From: Bacteroidota bacterium | GTDB taxonomy: Bacteria; Bacteroidota; Bacteroidia; 2-12-FULL-35-15 | NCBI GenBank assembly: GCA_947466965.1 | Contig: CANIFU010000007.1 | Span: 2,249 to 66,248 of the forward strand | DNA length: 64,000 nucleotides | Direction: 5' to 3' | Part shown: positions 22,600 through 31,744 of the stretch, piece by piece | Layout: every line of letters begins with the position of its first letter | Position numbering within the stretch: the first letter of the stretch is position 1 | Position numbers and translations under genes: made by a program | The notes under the pieces: model-generated | What the model saw: the letters and a program-made list of their open reading frames with translations, nothing else | The model's database searches: none | What the model was told of the DNA's origin: nothing

Positions 22600-22788
22600 A
22601 TGGCAGATGATATTGGATTTTCAAATAATAAACAATTAAATCCAGAAGATTTTTATTACAGCGATCTAGGGTATATTATTTTTACTGAAAAGTATTTGTT
22701 GAAGCGCGGATATTGTTGCCAGAATGGTTGTAAACATTGTCCTTATGGTTTTAATAAAGGCAAAGGCCGAATTGATAAAAAGAAATAA
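22600..22788 (+). CDS. small cysteine-rich protein (C-x-GYCCQNGCKHCPY motif; DUF5522-like)
   Basis: 62-aa ORF with 5 Cys in a tight motif, promoter-like boxes upstream, and hutU starting about 55 bp downstream on the same strand. Confidence 0.55.
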   Translation: MADDIGFSNNKQLNPEDFYYSDLGYIIFTEKYLLKRGYCCQNGCKHCPYGFNKGKGRIDKKK

Positions 22789-22845
22789 GTAAACAGTTTG
22801 AATAATTGGCATCTTTATTATTGCCATAAATATAAAGATATGGAT

Positions 22846-24849
22846 ATGAGTACTGAATTCAAACAACAAATTATAGCAGGAATTCCTGCTGAATTACCAG
22901 GCGTTAAACCTTTTGATTTCTCGATCAATCACGCTCCCAAACGAAAAGATATTCTTAACAAAGAAGAGAAAAAACTTGCTATCCGCAACGCTCTGCGCTA
23001 CTTTGATAAAAAGCATCATGCCGTTTTGTCGAAGGAGTTTGCAATGGAACTTAAAGAATACGGGCGTATTTATATGTACCGTTTTCGCCCGGATTATAAA
23101 ATTTATGCCCGTCCTATAAATGAATATCCGCATCAGTCTAAACAAGCTGCGGCTATCATGTTGATGTTACAAAATAATTTAGATGATGCTGTGGCGCAGC
23201 ACCCTCATGAATTAATTACATACGGTGGAAATGGTTCTGTTTTTCAAAATTGGGCGCAGTATCTGCTCACGATGAAATATTTATCGGAGATGACCGATGA
23301 ACAAACGTTGGCAATGTATTCCGGTCACCCGATGGGTTTATTCCCTTCTCATAAAGATGCTCCCCGCGTAGTAATTACAAATGGAATGATGGTTCCGAAT
23401 TATAGTAAGCCCGATGATTGGGAGAAATTTAATGCCTTGGGTGTAACTCAATATGGACAAATGACTGCGGGTTCATTTATGTATATCGGACCGCAAGGGA
23501 TTGTTCATGGTACAACCATCACTGTGATGAATGCTGCGCGTAAAATTTCTACATCAGAGGAAGATCGAAAAGGAAAACTCTTTGTTACCTGTGGTTTGGG
23601 TGGCATGAGCGGGGCTCAACCGAAGGCAGGTAAAATTTCAGGTTTGGTTTCTGTTGTTGCAGAAATTAATCCGAAAGCTGTAAAAACAAGACATTCCCAG
23701 GGTTGGGTAGATGAAGTATTTGAAGATCTTCCTGCTTTGTTAAAACGAATCAATAAAGCTCAAGCTACAAAAGAAGCAATATCATTAGCGTATCTAGGAA
23801 ATGTAGTTGATCTCTGGGAATATTTAGTGAAAGAAAATGTGAAGGTGGATATCGGATCTGATCAGACATCTTTGCATAATCCTTGGGCTGGGGGCTATTA
23901 TCCCACAGGATTATCCTTTGAAGAATCTAATAGGCTGATGGCGAATGATCCTGATCGATTCAAAAAGGAAGTTCAAAATACGTTGGTCCGACATGCGAAT
24001 GCTGTAAATAATATTGCAGCTAAAGGCATGTATTTTTTCGATTATGGAAATGCATTCTTGTTGGAAGCGTCCCGCGCCGGTGCCGATATTCTTAATCCAG
24101 ACGGAACATTTAAATACAAATCATATGTTCAGGATATTCTAGGACCAATGTGTTTTGATTATGGATTTGGTCCTTTTCGATGGGTGTGTTCTTCCTGCGA
24201 CCCCAAAGATCTTGCAACAACAGATCGTTTAGCACTTCAAGTATTGGAGGAAATGTACAAGTCAGCCCCCCTTGAAATTAAACAACAGTTGAGTGATAAT
24301 ATTCTCTGGATCAAAGATGCTATGCAAAATAATTTAGTTGTTGGATCTCAGGCACGCATATTATATGCCGACTCAGAAGCACGTGTGAAAATTGCAGAAG
24401 CATTCAATCATGCAATTCAATCAGCTGAATTGTCCGCCCCTGTTATTCTTGGTAGAGATCATCATGACGTTTCCGGTACAGATTCTCCTTATCGTGAAAC
24501 ATCCAATATTTATGATGGTTCAAGTTTTACTGCTGACATGGCTGTGCAAAATTTTGTAGGTGACGGTTTTAGAGGTGCAACCTGGATTTCCTTGCACAAT
24601 GGTGGTGGAGTAGGGTGGGGAGAAGTAATTAATGGTGGTTTCGGAATGGTTCTCGACGGTTCACCCGATTGCGATAGGCGATTAAAATCAATGTTGTTCT
24701 GGGATGTTAATAACGGTATCGCTCGCAGAAGCTGGGCAAGAAATGAAGAAGCTTTATTTGCAATAAAACGTGAAATGCTGCGAACTCCTCAATTAAAAAT
24801 CACTATCCCAAATATTGTGGATGATGGTTTGATAAACGATCTGTTTTAG
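22846..24849 (+). CDS. hutU: urocanate hydratase (urocanase)
   Basis: Long-form urocanase with GGMSGAQP and GSDQTSLHNP motifs. The start is probably MSTEF (22846) or MDMSTEF (22840) rather than the listed 22798. Confidence 0.9.
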   Translation: MSTEFKQQIIAGIPAELPGVKPFDFSINHAPKRKDILNKEEKKLAIRNALRYFDKKHHAVLSKEFAMELKEYGRIYMYRFRPDYKIYARPINEYPHQSKQAAAIMLMLQNNLDDAVAQHPHELITYGGNGSVFQNWAQYLLTMKYLSEMTDEQTLAMYSGHPMGLFPSHKDAPRVVITNGMMVPNYSKPDDWEKFNALGVTQYGQMTAGSFMYIGPQGIVHGTTITVMNAARKISTSEEDRKGKLFVTCGLGGMSGAQPKAGKISGLVSVVAEINPKAVKTRHSQGWVDEVFEDLPALLKRINKAQATKEAISLAYLGNVVDLWEYLVKENVKVDIGSDQTSLHNPWAGGYYPTGLSFEESNRLMANDPDRFKKEVQNTLVRHANAVNNIAAKGMYFFDYGNAFLLEASRAGADILNPDGTFKYKSYVQDILGPMCFDYGFGPFRWVCSSCDPKDLATTDRLALQVLEEMYKSAPLEIKQQLSDNILWIKDAMQNNLVVGSQARILYADSEARVKIAEAFNHAIQSAELSAPVILGRDHHDVSGTDSPYRETSNIYDGSSFTADMAVQNFVGDGFRGATWISLHNGGGVGWGEVINGGFGMVLDGSPDCDRRLKSMLFWDVNNGIARRSWARNEEALFAIKREMLRTPQLKITIPNIVDDGLINDLF

Positions 24850-25032
24850 TTGCACTATTTTATATCAAACGTTTTTCGTTTTTTTTGTTTCCTAAAGGGT
24901 TGCCACTGTTCAATAAAATTATACAAAGCGGTTAAGTGTTTTGATGCTTTTATTTAATTGGAATGATTTTTGGCATTGTAAATTAGAACGTTAAAATTTA
25001 ATTTGTCAATGATTAAAATATCCCAAAGCAAT

Positions 25033-26229
25033 ATGAAAAAAATAGCCTTCCTTTTTTTATTATTCACGCTGTGTAATAATAAAGTTGCTTTTTCTCAGAA
25101 AATTGAAAAAGCCGATTCATTGGGACTCCCCGGTGATAATTTAAATTTATATGCAGTCCTGGATCTGTTTCAAAAATCTGAAACGTTTGAAGAATTCGAA
25201 AAACAAATTAATTTGGAAGACTCAAAGATCAATAACCTGGATTTAAATAATGATGATAAAACCGATTATATTAAAGTTGTAGACCATCAGACTGGTGAAT
25301 CACATGCTGTTGTTTTGCAAGTATTGGTGAATGAAAAAGAAACACAGGATGTTGCGGTCATTGAAATAGAAAAAGATAAAAACGGCAAAGTGCTTGTGCA
25401 GATTGTTGGAAATGAAGAATTATACGGCAAGGACTATATTGTTGAACCGACAGATAACGAACCGACTACGAAAGCTGCCGATCCGAATAAAAAATCGGAT
25501 ACAACCTCTGATGGAAAAACAGTAATCATCAACAATACAACTAATAATTACAATACAACAACGGCTCAAAATAATTCTCCCGATACATATGTAGTCGTGA
25601 ATCAATGGCCGATTATACATTATGTTTATACTCCATCTTATGTAATGTATGTTTCGCCTTGGCATTGGTATTTATATCCTTCTTGGTGGAGTCCTTGGTC
25701 ACCTTGGTATTGGCACAGTTACAATTGGCATCATTATAATTATTATAATCATCATGGACACTACCACCGAACAAATTATTACCGTGCTCCTAATGCGCAT
25801 AACTATTATGGTACAAGAAGATCTGTTTCTGTTACAGTGCAGCAAAACAGAATATCAAAAGTTTATCAACGGACATATACTTCGAAAAGTCGAAAGGGTG
25901 ATGGAAAAATAAATTCTGGAAAAGCAAATCCAGCATATAAAGAAAAGCAGAGAGAAAGTAAGTTAAATCCAGTAAATAATTCAAAAGATTCTCGCAACAA
26001 TAATGGAGATGGGATAAAAAATCAACCGAATGTAAATCCAAATCAAAGTCGTCCAGCTGCAAAGTATGATAATAAAGATAGGGGAAGCAAACCTGTTTTT
26101 CGTCCTCGTGATAATGCACGGCCAAGTCAAAAACAGAACCCTCAGCCAAGTCAGCGGCAAAACCCCAAGCCCTCAAATAAGCCGAGTCAAAGAGCACCGA
26201 AAGCAAATAAAAGTGGAGGCGGGCGTTAG
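25033..26229 (+). CDS. secreted low-complexity protein (Trp/Tyr/His-rich core, N/P/Q/K-rich tail); paralog of 59827..61137
   Basis: Signal peptide MKKIAFLFLLFTLCNNKVAFSQ. Has an INNTTNNYN motif, a W/Y/H-rich segment (SPWHWYLYPSWWSPWSPWYWHSYNWHHYNYYNHH), NPAYKEK, and a P/Q/N/K tail. Confidence 0.7.
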   Translation: MKKIAFLFLLFTLCNNKVAFSQKIEKADSLGLPGDNLNLYAVLDLFQKSETFEEFEKQINLEDSKINNLDLNNDDKTDYIKVVDHQTGESHAVVLQVLVNEKETQDVAVIEIEKDKNGKVLVQIVGNEELYGKDYIVEPTDNEPTTKAADPNKKSDTTSDGKTVIINNTTNNYNTTTAQNNSPDTYVVVNQWPIIHYVYTPSYVMYVSPWHWYLYPSWWSPWSPWYWHSYNWHHYNYYNHHGHYHRTNYYRAPNAHNYYGTRRSVSVTVQQNRISKVYQRTYTSKSRKGDGKINSGKANPAYKEKQRESKLNPVNNSKDSRNNNGDGIKNQPNVNPNQSRPAAKYDNKDRGSKPVFRPRDNARPSQKQNPQPSQRQNPKPSNKPSQRAPKANKSGGGR

Positions 26230-26252
26230 ACCTAAAAAAAATTTGCTTAATA

Positions 26253-26292
26253 CAAAAAAACTGCGATCAATAATATGATCGCAGTTTTTTTA
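26253..26292. terminator. bidirectional rho-independent terminator
   Basis: AAAAAAACTGCGATCAATAATATGATCGCAGTTTTTTTAT lies between convergent stops at 26229 and 26319. Confidence 0.8.
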
Positions 26293-26318
26293 TAATTGAG
26301 CAGGTATGTTTTAATGTT

Positions 26319-26960
26319 TTATTCTACGTACGTTGGAGTATTGCAACTTTCCTTAGCGCCAGCAAATTCATATTTTAATCCGATCCGTAGTTCAATGTTT
26401 TTATTTTTTACATGCAAATCTGGTGTAACGTATGCAGGAGCAATATCAGGATTATAAAATGCTTCAACCAAAAATTTAAAGTTTGAAAAACTGACGAACT
26501 CAATACCGCCTCCTAATCCAGCACTCATGTTTAACTTAGAAAAGTTACTGACGATTGTTGGTGATGTTGTACTTTGTGAAAGCATATAATCTAAACGTGG
26601 GCCAACTAATACGTAAGGGATAATACTATACATTTCGTAGCGGATTTTCAGATAGTTGTTCCATGAAATATACTGCAGTTTATTAGGGTAATTCTGGTCG
26701 AACTGCTTATCGATTGAACCCTTTTGATTGTATTGTAATTCGCTCACCCAGCGTGTATAATCATGACTGAAAAATTCAGCAAAGAAACTCGCATTAAAAC
26801 CAAACGTATATTTTTTTTGGGAGATGGCTGCCGGATCTTTAAAAAAGAATTTCTGATTTCCTGCGGAGACCCCGGCTGTTAAACCAATGCTATTTACAAA
26901 CTGCGCTTTGCATTGAAAGGCAATGGCTAAAATAAATGCAATTGAAATTAATTTTTTCAT
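26319..26960 (-). CDS. outer-membrane beta-barrel protein (small OmpA-like/PorT-like barrel)
   Basis: Signal peptide (AFQCKAQ). About 190 aa with alternating amphipathic strands and a terminal aromatic. Confidence 0.55.
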   Translation of the reverse strand: MKKLISIAFILAIAFQCKAQFVNSIGLTAGVSAGNQKFFFKDPAAISQKKYTFGFNASFFAEFFSHDYTRWVSELQYNQKGSIDKQFDQNYPNKLQYISWNNYLKIRYEMYSIIPYVLVGPRLDYMLSQSTTSPTIVSNFSKLNMSAGLGGGIEFVSFSNFKFLVEAFYNPDIAPAYVTPDLHVKNKNIELRIGLKYEFAGAKESCNTPTYVE

Positions 26961-27027
26961 GATTTCTATTTAAAACTAAACGTGAAATTATTTCATAAAG
27001 TACAAGGCTACAGCAAAAAAAACAAAT

Positions 27028-27912
27028 CTATGCACTTGTTGCTTCCATCGCAGGATTTACTTTTTTTACCAATCCTTGCAATACTTTTCCCGGCCCTACT
27101 TCTGTGAATAAAGTCGCGCCATCAGCGATCATTTGTTGAACAGTTTGTGTCCATCTTACAGGAGCTGTTAGCTGTGCAATCAGATTCTTTTTTATTTCCT
27201 CCGGATTTGATACCGCACTTGCTGAAACATTTTGGTAAATAGGGCATATTGGCATGCTGAAATTGGTTGCATGGATTGCCGCTTCCAGTTCTAATGCTGC
27301 AGGCTGCATCAACGGAGAATGAAATGCACCTCCGACAGGTAAAACCAATGCACGTTTTGCTCCTGCCGCTTTTAATTTTTCACAAGCAATATTTACACCA
27401 TTGATTGATCCTGAAATAACTAGTTGACCGGGGCAGTTATAATTTGCTGCTACAACGATATCACCATTTTGTGTGATCTCAGCACAGATATCTTCAATGA
27501 TCTTATCGTCCAGATTCAATACGGCAGCCATTGTAGATGGATTCATTTCACATGCTTTTTGCATTGCCAATGCTCGTTTAGAAACTAAAACAAGGGCATC
27601 ATCATACGACAAGGTTTTGTTTACAACCAATGCGGTGAATTCTCCTAAGCTATGTCCTGCAACCATTTCCGGTTTTAAACGATCACCTAATGTAGCCGCT
27701 AATATTACGGAGTGCAAAAATATTGCGGGTTGTGTCACCTTCGTTTGTTTTAGCTCTTCATCCGTTCCGCTAAACATAATGTCTGTAATTCTGAATCCTA
27801 GGATCTCATTTGCTTTTTCAAACATTTCTTTTGCTAATGGGGAAGTTTCGTATAGTTCTTTTCCCATTCCTACAAATTGGGAACCTTGTCCCGGAAATAC
27901 ATATGCTTTCAT
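27028..27912 (-). CDS. fabD: malonyl CoA-ACP transacylase
   Basis: MKAYVFPGQGSQFVGMG and the GHSLGEFTALV active-site motif. Confidence 0.95.
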   Translation of the reverse strand: MKAYVFPGQGSQFVGMGKELYETSPLAKEMFEKANEILGFRITDIMFSGTDEELKQTKVTQPAIFLHSVILAATLGDRLKPEMVAGHSLGEFTALVVNKTLSYDDALVLVSKRALAMQKACEMNPSTMAAVLNLDDKIIEDICAEITQNGDIVVAANYNCPGQLVISGSINGVNIACEKLKAAGAKRALVLPVGGAFHSPLMQPAALELEAAIHATNFSMPICPIYQNVSASAVSNPEEIKKNLIAQLTAPVRWTQTVQQMIADGATLFTEVGPGKVLQGLVKKVNPAMEATSA

Positions 27913-27994
27913 ATTATCATTTTTTTTTACAGGGAATTTATTAACTGAAAAATCCTTGCTATTATGGTTAAATACTATTCAATATTAATAAAAT

Positions 27995-28032
27995 AAAAAG
28001 AGTCCTGAATTTCTTCAGGACTCTTTTTATTC
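27995..28032 (-). terminator. rho-independent terminator after the BI-1 family gene
   Basis: AAAGAGTCCTGAA TTTC TTCAGGACTCTTT hairpin with flanking A/T runs. Confidence 0.75.
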
Positions 28033-28048
28033 ACAATAAATTGTGTGA

Positions 28049-28771
28049 TTATTTTCTGTCACCAAAGATGCGCAATAAGAAAAGGAATAAGTTAAGGAAA
28101 TCCATATAAAGATTTAATGCACCCATGATTACCAGTTTGCTTGCCATTTCTGTTCCGTATTCAACTCCAGCACCTATGCGTTTTAATTTTTGCACATCGT
28201 ATGCAGTTAATCCTGTAAACACCAATACACCAATAAGACTGATGACATAATCCATCATTTCACTTTGCAAGAAAAAGTTAATTAAGCTTGCAATGATAAT
28301 TCCTACCAAGCCCATCATCATAATAGAACCAAACTTTGTTAAGTCTGTATTAGTAGTATAACCTACAACTGCCATTAATCCAAACATACCAGATGCTGCA
28401 GCAAATGTTCCATAAATTGAACCTATTTCGTAGGCATGAAAAATGAAACTTAAACTCATGCCCATCACACCTGAAAACAAAAGGTATAAGAAAAGCAAAA
28501 CAGGGTAAGCTAAACGGTTAAACCCAAATGAAATAACAAGAATGAATGCTAAAGGAGCAAACATAACAATATACCCCAAAGTGCTTAATCCTCCTGTTTG
28601 AGTATTTACAAGTGTAGCAAAGAGGTCTAGATCATTAGCAAAATAATATGCTACAACAGATGTAATTGCTAATGCCGCAAACATCCAAGAAAATACACTT
28701 GCCATAAATGTTTTTGACATTGATGACGTTTCCTGTTCCGACTGAACATAATTATAATTATTTATTCCCAT
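28049..28771 (-). CDS. Bax inhibitor-1/YccA family membrane protein
   Basis: 7-TM protein of about 240 aa with typical BI-1 N-terminal region and C-terminal basic tail. Confidence 0.8.
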   Translation of the reverse strand: MGINNYNYVQSEQETSSMSKTFMASVFSWMFAALAITSVVAYYFANDLDLFATLVNTQTGGLSTLGYIVMFAPLAFILVISFGFNRLAYPVLLFLYLLFSGVMGMSLSFIFHAYEIGSIYGTFAAASGMFGLMAVVGYTTNTDLTKFGSIMMMGLVGIIIASLINFFLQSEMMDYVISLIGVLVFTGLTAYDVQKLKRIGAGVEYGTEMASKLVIMGALNLYMDFLNLFLFLLRIFGDRK

Positions 28772-28862
28772 AGTTTTTATTTTTTGTTTTAAATAACATT
28801 ACAAAGATAATACCTTTTGAGTCTTTATGCAACATTGTCAGATGCGTTAACAAAATTGACCC

Positions 28863-29486
28863 TTAATGCAGTTTAGATCCTATTAGGCTGATAAATTCCT
28901 TACGGGTGGTGTCTTTTAAAAACTCACCAGTAAATGCCGAAGTTGTTGTCACAGAATTTTGTTTTTGTATTCCTCGCATCTGCATACATAAGTGAGAACA
29001 CTCAATAACCACAGCCACTCCGATCGGATTCATTGTATCCTGAATACAATCTCTGATTTCATTCGTTAATCGTTCCTGCACTTGCAATCTTCGGGCAAAT
29101 GCATCAACTACACGCGGGATCTTACTCAATCCAACCACGCAGCCATTGGGAATGTATGCTACATGTGCCTTTCCGAAAAAAGGAAGTAAATGATGTTCAC
29201 ACATCGAATACACTTCAATATCTTTAACAATCACCATTTGTTTATAATCTTCCTTAAACATTGCCGATTTCAGAATTTCAGAAGGATTCAGATCGTAACC
29301 ATGTGTCAAAAACTGCATTGCTTTAGCAACGCGTTCTGGTGTTTTTAATAAACCTTCGCGTTCAGGATTCTCCCCCATATCGCTCAGTATGGTTTTGTAT
29401 TTGGAGGCAATGTTATCTATCGATTTTAAATTGTATCGGTCAATTTTTTTGTAGCCTTCTACTTCATCAAATTCATCGTGTCCCAT
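28863..29486 (-). CDS. folE: GTP cyclohydrolase I
   Basis: [18 protein letters not shown] and downstream conserved blocks of FolE. Confidence 0.9.
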   Translation of the reverse strand: MGHDEFDEVEGYKKIDRYNLKSIDNIASKYKTILSDMGENPEREGLLKTPERVAKAMQFLTHGYDLNPSEILKSAMFKEDYKQMVIVKDIEVYSMCEHHLLPFFGKAHVAYIPNGCVVGLSKIPRVVDAFARRLQVQERLTNEIRDCIQDTMNPIGVAVVIECSHLCMQMRGIQKQNSVTTTSAFTGEFLKDTTRKEFISLIGSKLH

Positions 29487-29560
29487 ATCGTATATTTGTT
29501 CAATTCATTATTCATTTTTAATTTCTATTTAAATAAAATCAACATGTTAGATTAATCGGT

Positions 29561-29974
29561 TTACTCACCGAAATATTCAACATAATTATTTTCAGTCTCA
29601 AACAGTTTTATACTGTATAATTTACAATCCAGGTTGTTCACATGTGGCAATAGTTCTTTCCAGATAGCGATGGCAACATTTTCTGTTGAAGGCATTATTC
29701 CCTTCATGAAATCTACATCTAAGTTCAGGTTCTTGTGATCCAATTTGTCTGTGATGTAAGTTCTAATAATTAGGCTTAGTTCTTTCAAATTTACAGAATA
29801 ACCTGTATCCGGATTTACATTTCCTTTAACAGTTACAAATAGATTGTAATTGTGTCCGTGCCAATTTGGATTCGCACATTTACCAAAAACTTCGGTGTTT
29901 TTTTCTTCGCTCCAACTCGCGTTATACAGTTTATGTGCTGCATTAAAATGCTCTCTTCTTGTTATATTGATCAT
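29561..29974 (-). CDS. queD: 6-carboxy-5,6,7,8-tetrahydropterin synthase / 6-pyruvoyl-tetrahydropterin synthase family
   Basis: 137 aa with the REHFNAAHKL...CANPNWHGHNY zinc-binding His/Cys pattern of the PTPS/QueD fold. Confidence 0.8.
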   Translation of the reverse strand: MINITRREHFNAAHKLYNASWSEEKNTEVFGKCANPNWHGHNYNLFVTVKGNVNPDTGYSVNLKELSLIIRTYITDKLDHKNLNLDVDFMKGIMPSTENVAIAIWKELLPHVNNLDCKLYSIKLFETENNYVEYFGE

Positions 29975-30093
29975 AGTCGTTTAAATAGGATGCAAATATA
30001 AGTTATCTGTTCAATATATGAATAAAACCATGCAGTAAATAGATTAAACAGACGAACGTATTTTTTGTTTAGAAGATAACTATCTTTGCAAGT

Positions 30094-30750
30094 ATGAAAC
30101 TTTTAATTGTAGCGGCTACTAAGTTTGAGATTGTTCCATTGTTGGAAAGAATGGGAGTAAATAAGCCTTCAGAAGGCAGGGTTATTTCTGTCGATTTTAA
30201 AGAGCATGAAATTGATTTTTTGATAACAGGAGTGGGGATGGTTGCAACGGCATATTATACAGGTAAAGTGTTGGACGAAACTTTTGATGCCGCATTTAAT
30301 ATAGGGATCTGCGGAAGCTTCAACCGGAATTTCGAAATCGGAACAGTTGTAAATGTGTATGATGATTACTTTTCTGAACTCGGAGCAGAAGACGATGAGG
30401 TACTTTTATCCTTGGAAGCCTTGAATTTAAATGGTGTTTCCAGAATTGAAAATAAGAGTGGCGCCTTGCATCCACTCATTGAACTTCTCCCAAAAGTAAC
30501 AGGCATTACAGTAAATACTATTCATGGAAATGAGGATAGTATTAGAAAAGTATACAATCAATTTCATCCTTACACCGAAAGTATGGAAGGTGCCGCTTTT
30601 ATGTTTGCTTGTGAACAGGAAAATATTCCTTACGTTCAAATTAGAGCGATTTCTAATTATGTTGAAAAAAGAAATCGTGAATCATGGAACATTCCTCTTG
30701 CAATTGTAAATTTAAATAAGGAGATATTCGAAATAATAAATCATCTGTAA
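30094..30750 (+). CDS. mqnB: futalosine hydrolase (MTA/SAH-nucleosidase family)
   Basis: MKLLIVAATKFEI... PNP/UDP-1 fold of about 218 aa, with the adjacent gene being MqnD-like. Confidence 0.7.
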   Translation: MKLLIVAATKFEIVPLLERMGVNKPSEGRVISVDFKEHEIDFLITGVGMVATAYYTGKVLDETFDAAFNIGICGSFNRNFEIGTVVNVYDDYFSELGAEDDEVLLSLEALNLNGVSRIENKSGALHPLIELLPKVTGITVNTIHGNEDSIRKVYNQFHPYTESMEGAAFMFACEQENIPYVQIRAISNYVEKRNRESWNIPLAIVNLNKEIFEIINHL

Positions 30751-30763
30751 ATAAACAGGTTTT

Positions 30764-31651
30764 TTGAAAGGTTGTAATGCAAGTTCAATAATAATGGGTA
30801 AATCAAATAATAATAATGAGCAATCAAGCATCAAATTGGGTTTTAGTCCTTGCCCTAATGATTGCTTTATTTTTGATGCGATGTTACATGGCAAAATTGA
30901 TACAGAAGGCTTGACTTTTGAAACTTTTATGTTAGATGTGGAGACGCTGAATCAAAAGGCTTTTGCTGCTGACTTAGATGTTACCAAACTTAGTTACCAT
31001 GCCTATGCGCACCTTACAAAGAAGTATCAACTTCTAAATGCAGGAAGCGCACTGGGTAATGCTTGTGGACCACTGCTCATTTCTTTGAAAAGTTTCTTGT
31101 TGTCAGATGTTAACCGATTAAAAATTGCTATTCCTGGAAAATATACTACCGCAAATTTTCTTTTATCTCTTGCTTTTCCTGAAGCGATAAATAAAGTAGA
31201 GATGATTTTTTCAGAAATCGAAGAGGCAATATTATCAGGAAAAGTAGATGCCGGTTTGATAATTCATGAAAACCGGTTTACCTTCGAGCAAAAAGGTTTG
31301 AAAAAAATTATCGACCTTGGTGACTATTGGGAAAAACTAACTGAAGCACCCATTCCATTGGGTGGAATTGTAATCAAACGAGAACTTTCTGAACAACTTA
31401 AATTAAAATTCGACAGGGTGTTGCGCAGAAGTATTGAATATGCATTTGCAAACCCTGAATCTAGTATTAACTTTGTAAAAGAAAATGCTCAGGAAATGAG
31501 TGAAGATGTAATGTATAAACACATCGATTTATATGTGAATAATTATTCGGTTGATCTCGGAGTTGAAGGCAAGCGAGCTATTAGATTACTTTTTGATAAA
31601 GCGGAGGATTTAGGAATAATTAATAAAATTGAAGAGGACGTTTTCTTGTAA
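30764..31651 (+). CDS. mqnD: 1,4-dihydroxy-6-naphthoate synthase (MqnA/MqnD family, MqnD-like)
   Basis: IKLGFSPCPNDCFIFDAMLHGKI: the SPCPND motif distinguishes MqnD from MqnA. Confidence 0.7.
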   Translation: MKGCNASSIIMGKSNNNNEQSSIKLGFSPCPNDCFIFDAMLHGKIDTEGLTFETFMLDVETLNQKAFAADLDVTKLSYHAYAHLTKKYQLLNAGSALGNACGPLLISLKSFLLSDVNRLKIAIPGKYTTANFLLSLAFPEAINKVEMIFSEIEEAILSGKVDAGLIIHENRFTFEQKGLKKIIDLGDYWEKLTEAPIPLGGIVIKRELSEQLKLKFDRVLRRSIEYAFANPESSINFVKENAQEMSEDVMYKHIDLYVNNYSVDLGVEGKRAIRLLFDKAEDLGIINKIEEDVFL

Positions 31652-31744
31652 TTTATTTTTAGGAACAAAGATGATAATTTGAATGGATTCGTAAAAAAAT
31701 TAACTATAACTCTAAGCTTTTAAAAAGAGCGTAATTCTCGGAAT

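Noticed and set aside
25003-25032. N-terminal extensions of listed ORFs (25003, 40374, 61164, 22798, 59786, 21294)
   Set aside because: In each case an internal Met is followed by a canonical signal peptide or a conserved enzyme N-terminus. The upstream residues look like AT-rich noise.
25420-26206. Antisense ORFs 25420..25665 and 25832..26206, and likewise 59985..60311, 60480..60755 and 60774..60986 on the other paralog
   Set aside because: These are artefacts of the low-complexity, repeat-rich coding sequence on the opposite strand. Their compositions are implausible (poly-Ile, poly-Thr).
29975-30093. Looked for a preQ1 or THF riboswitch upstream of queD and folE
   Set aside because: The intergenic regions are short (about 75 to 120 bp). 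I could not recognise conserved riboswitch cores by eye, so I make no claim.
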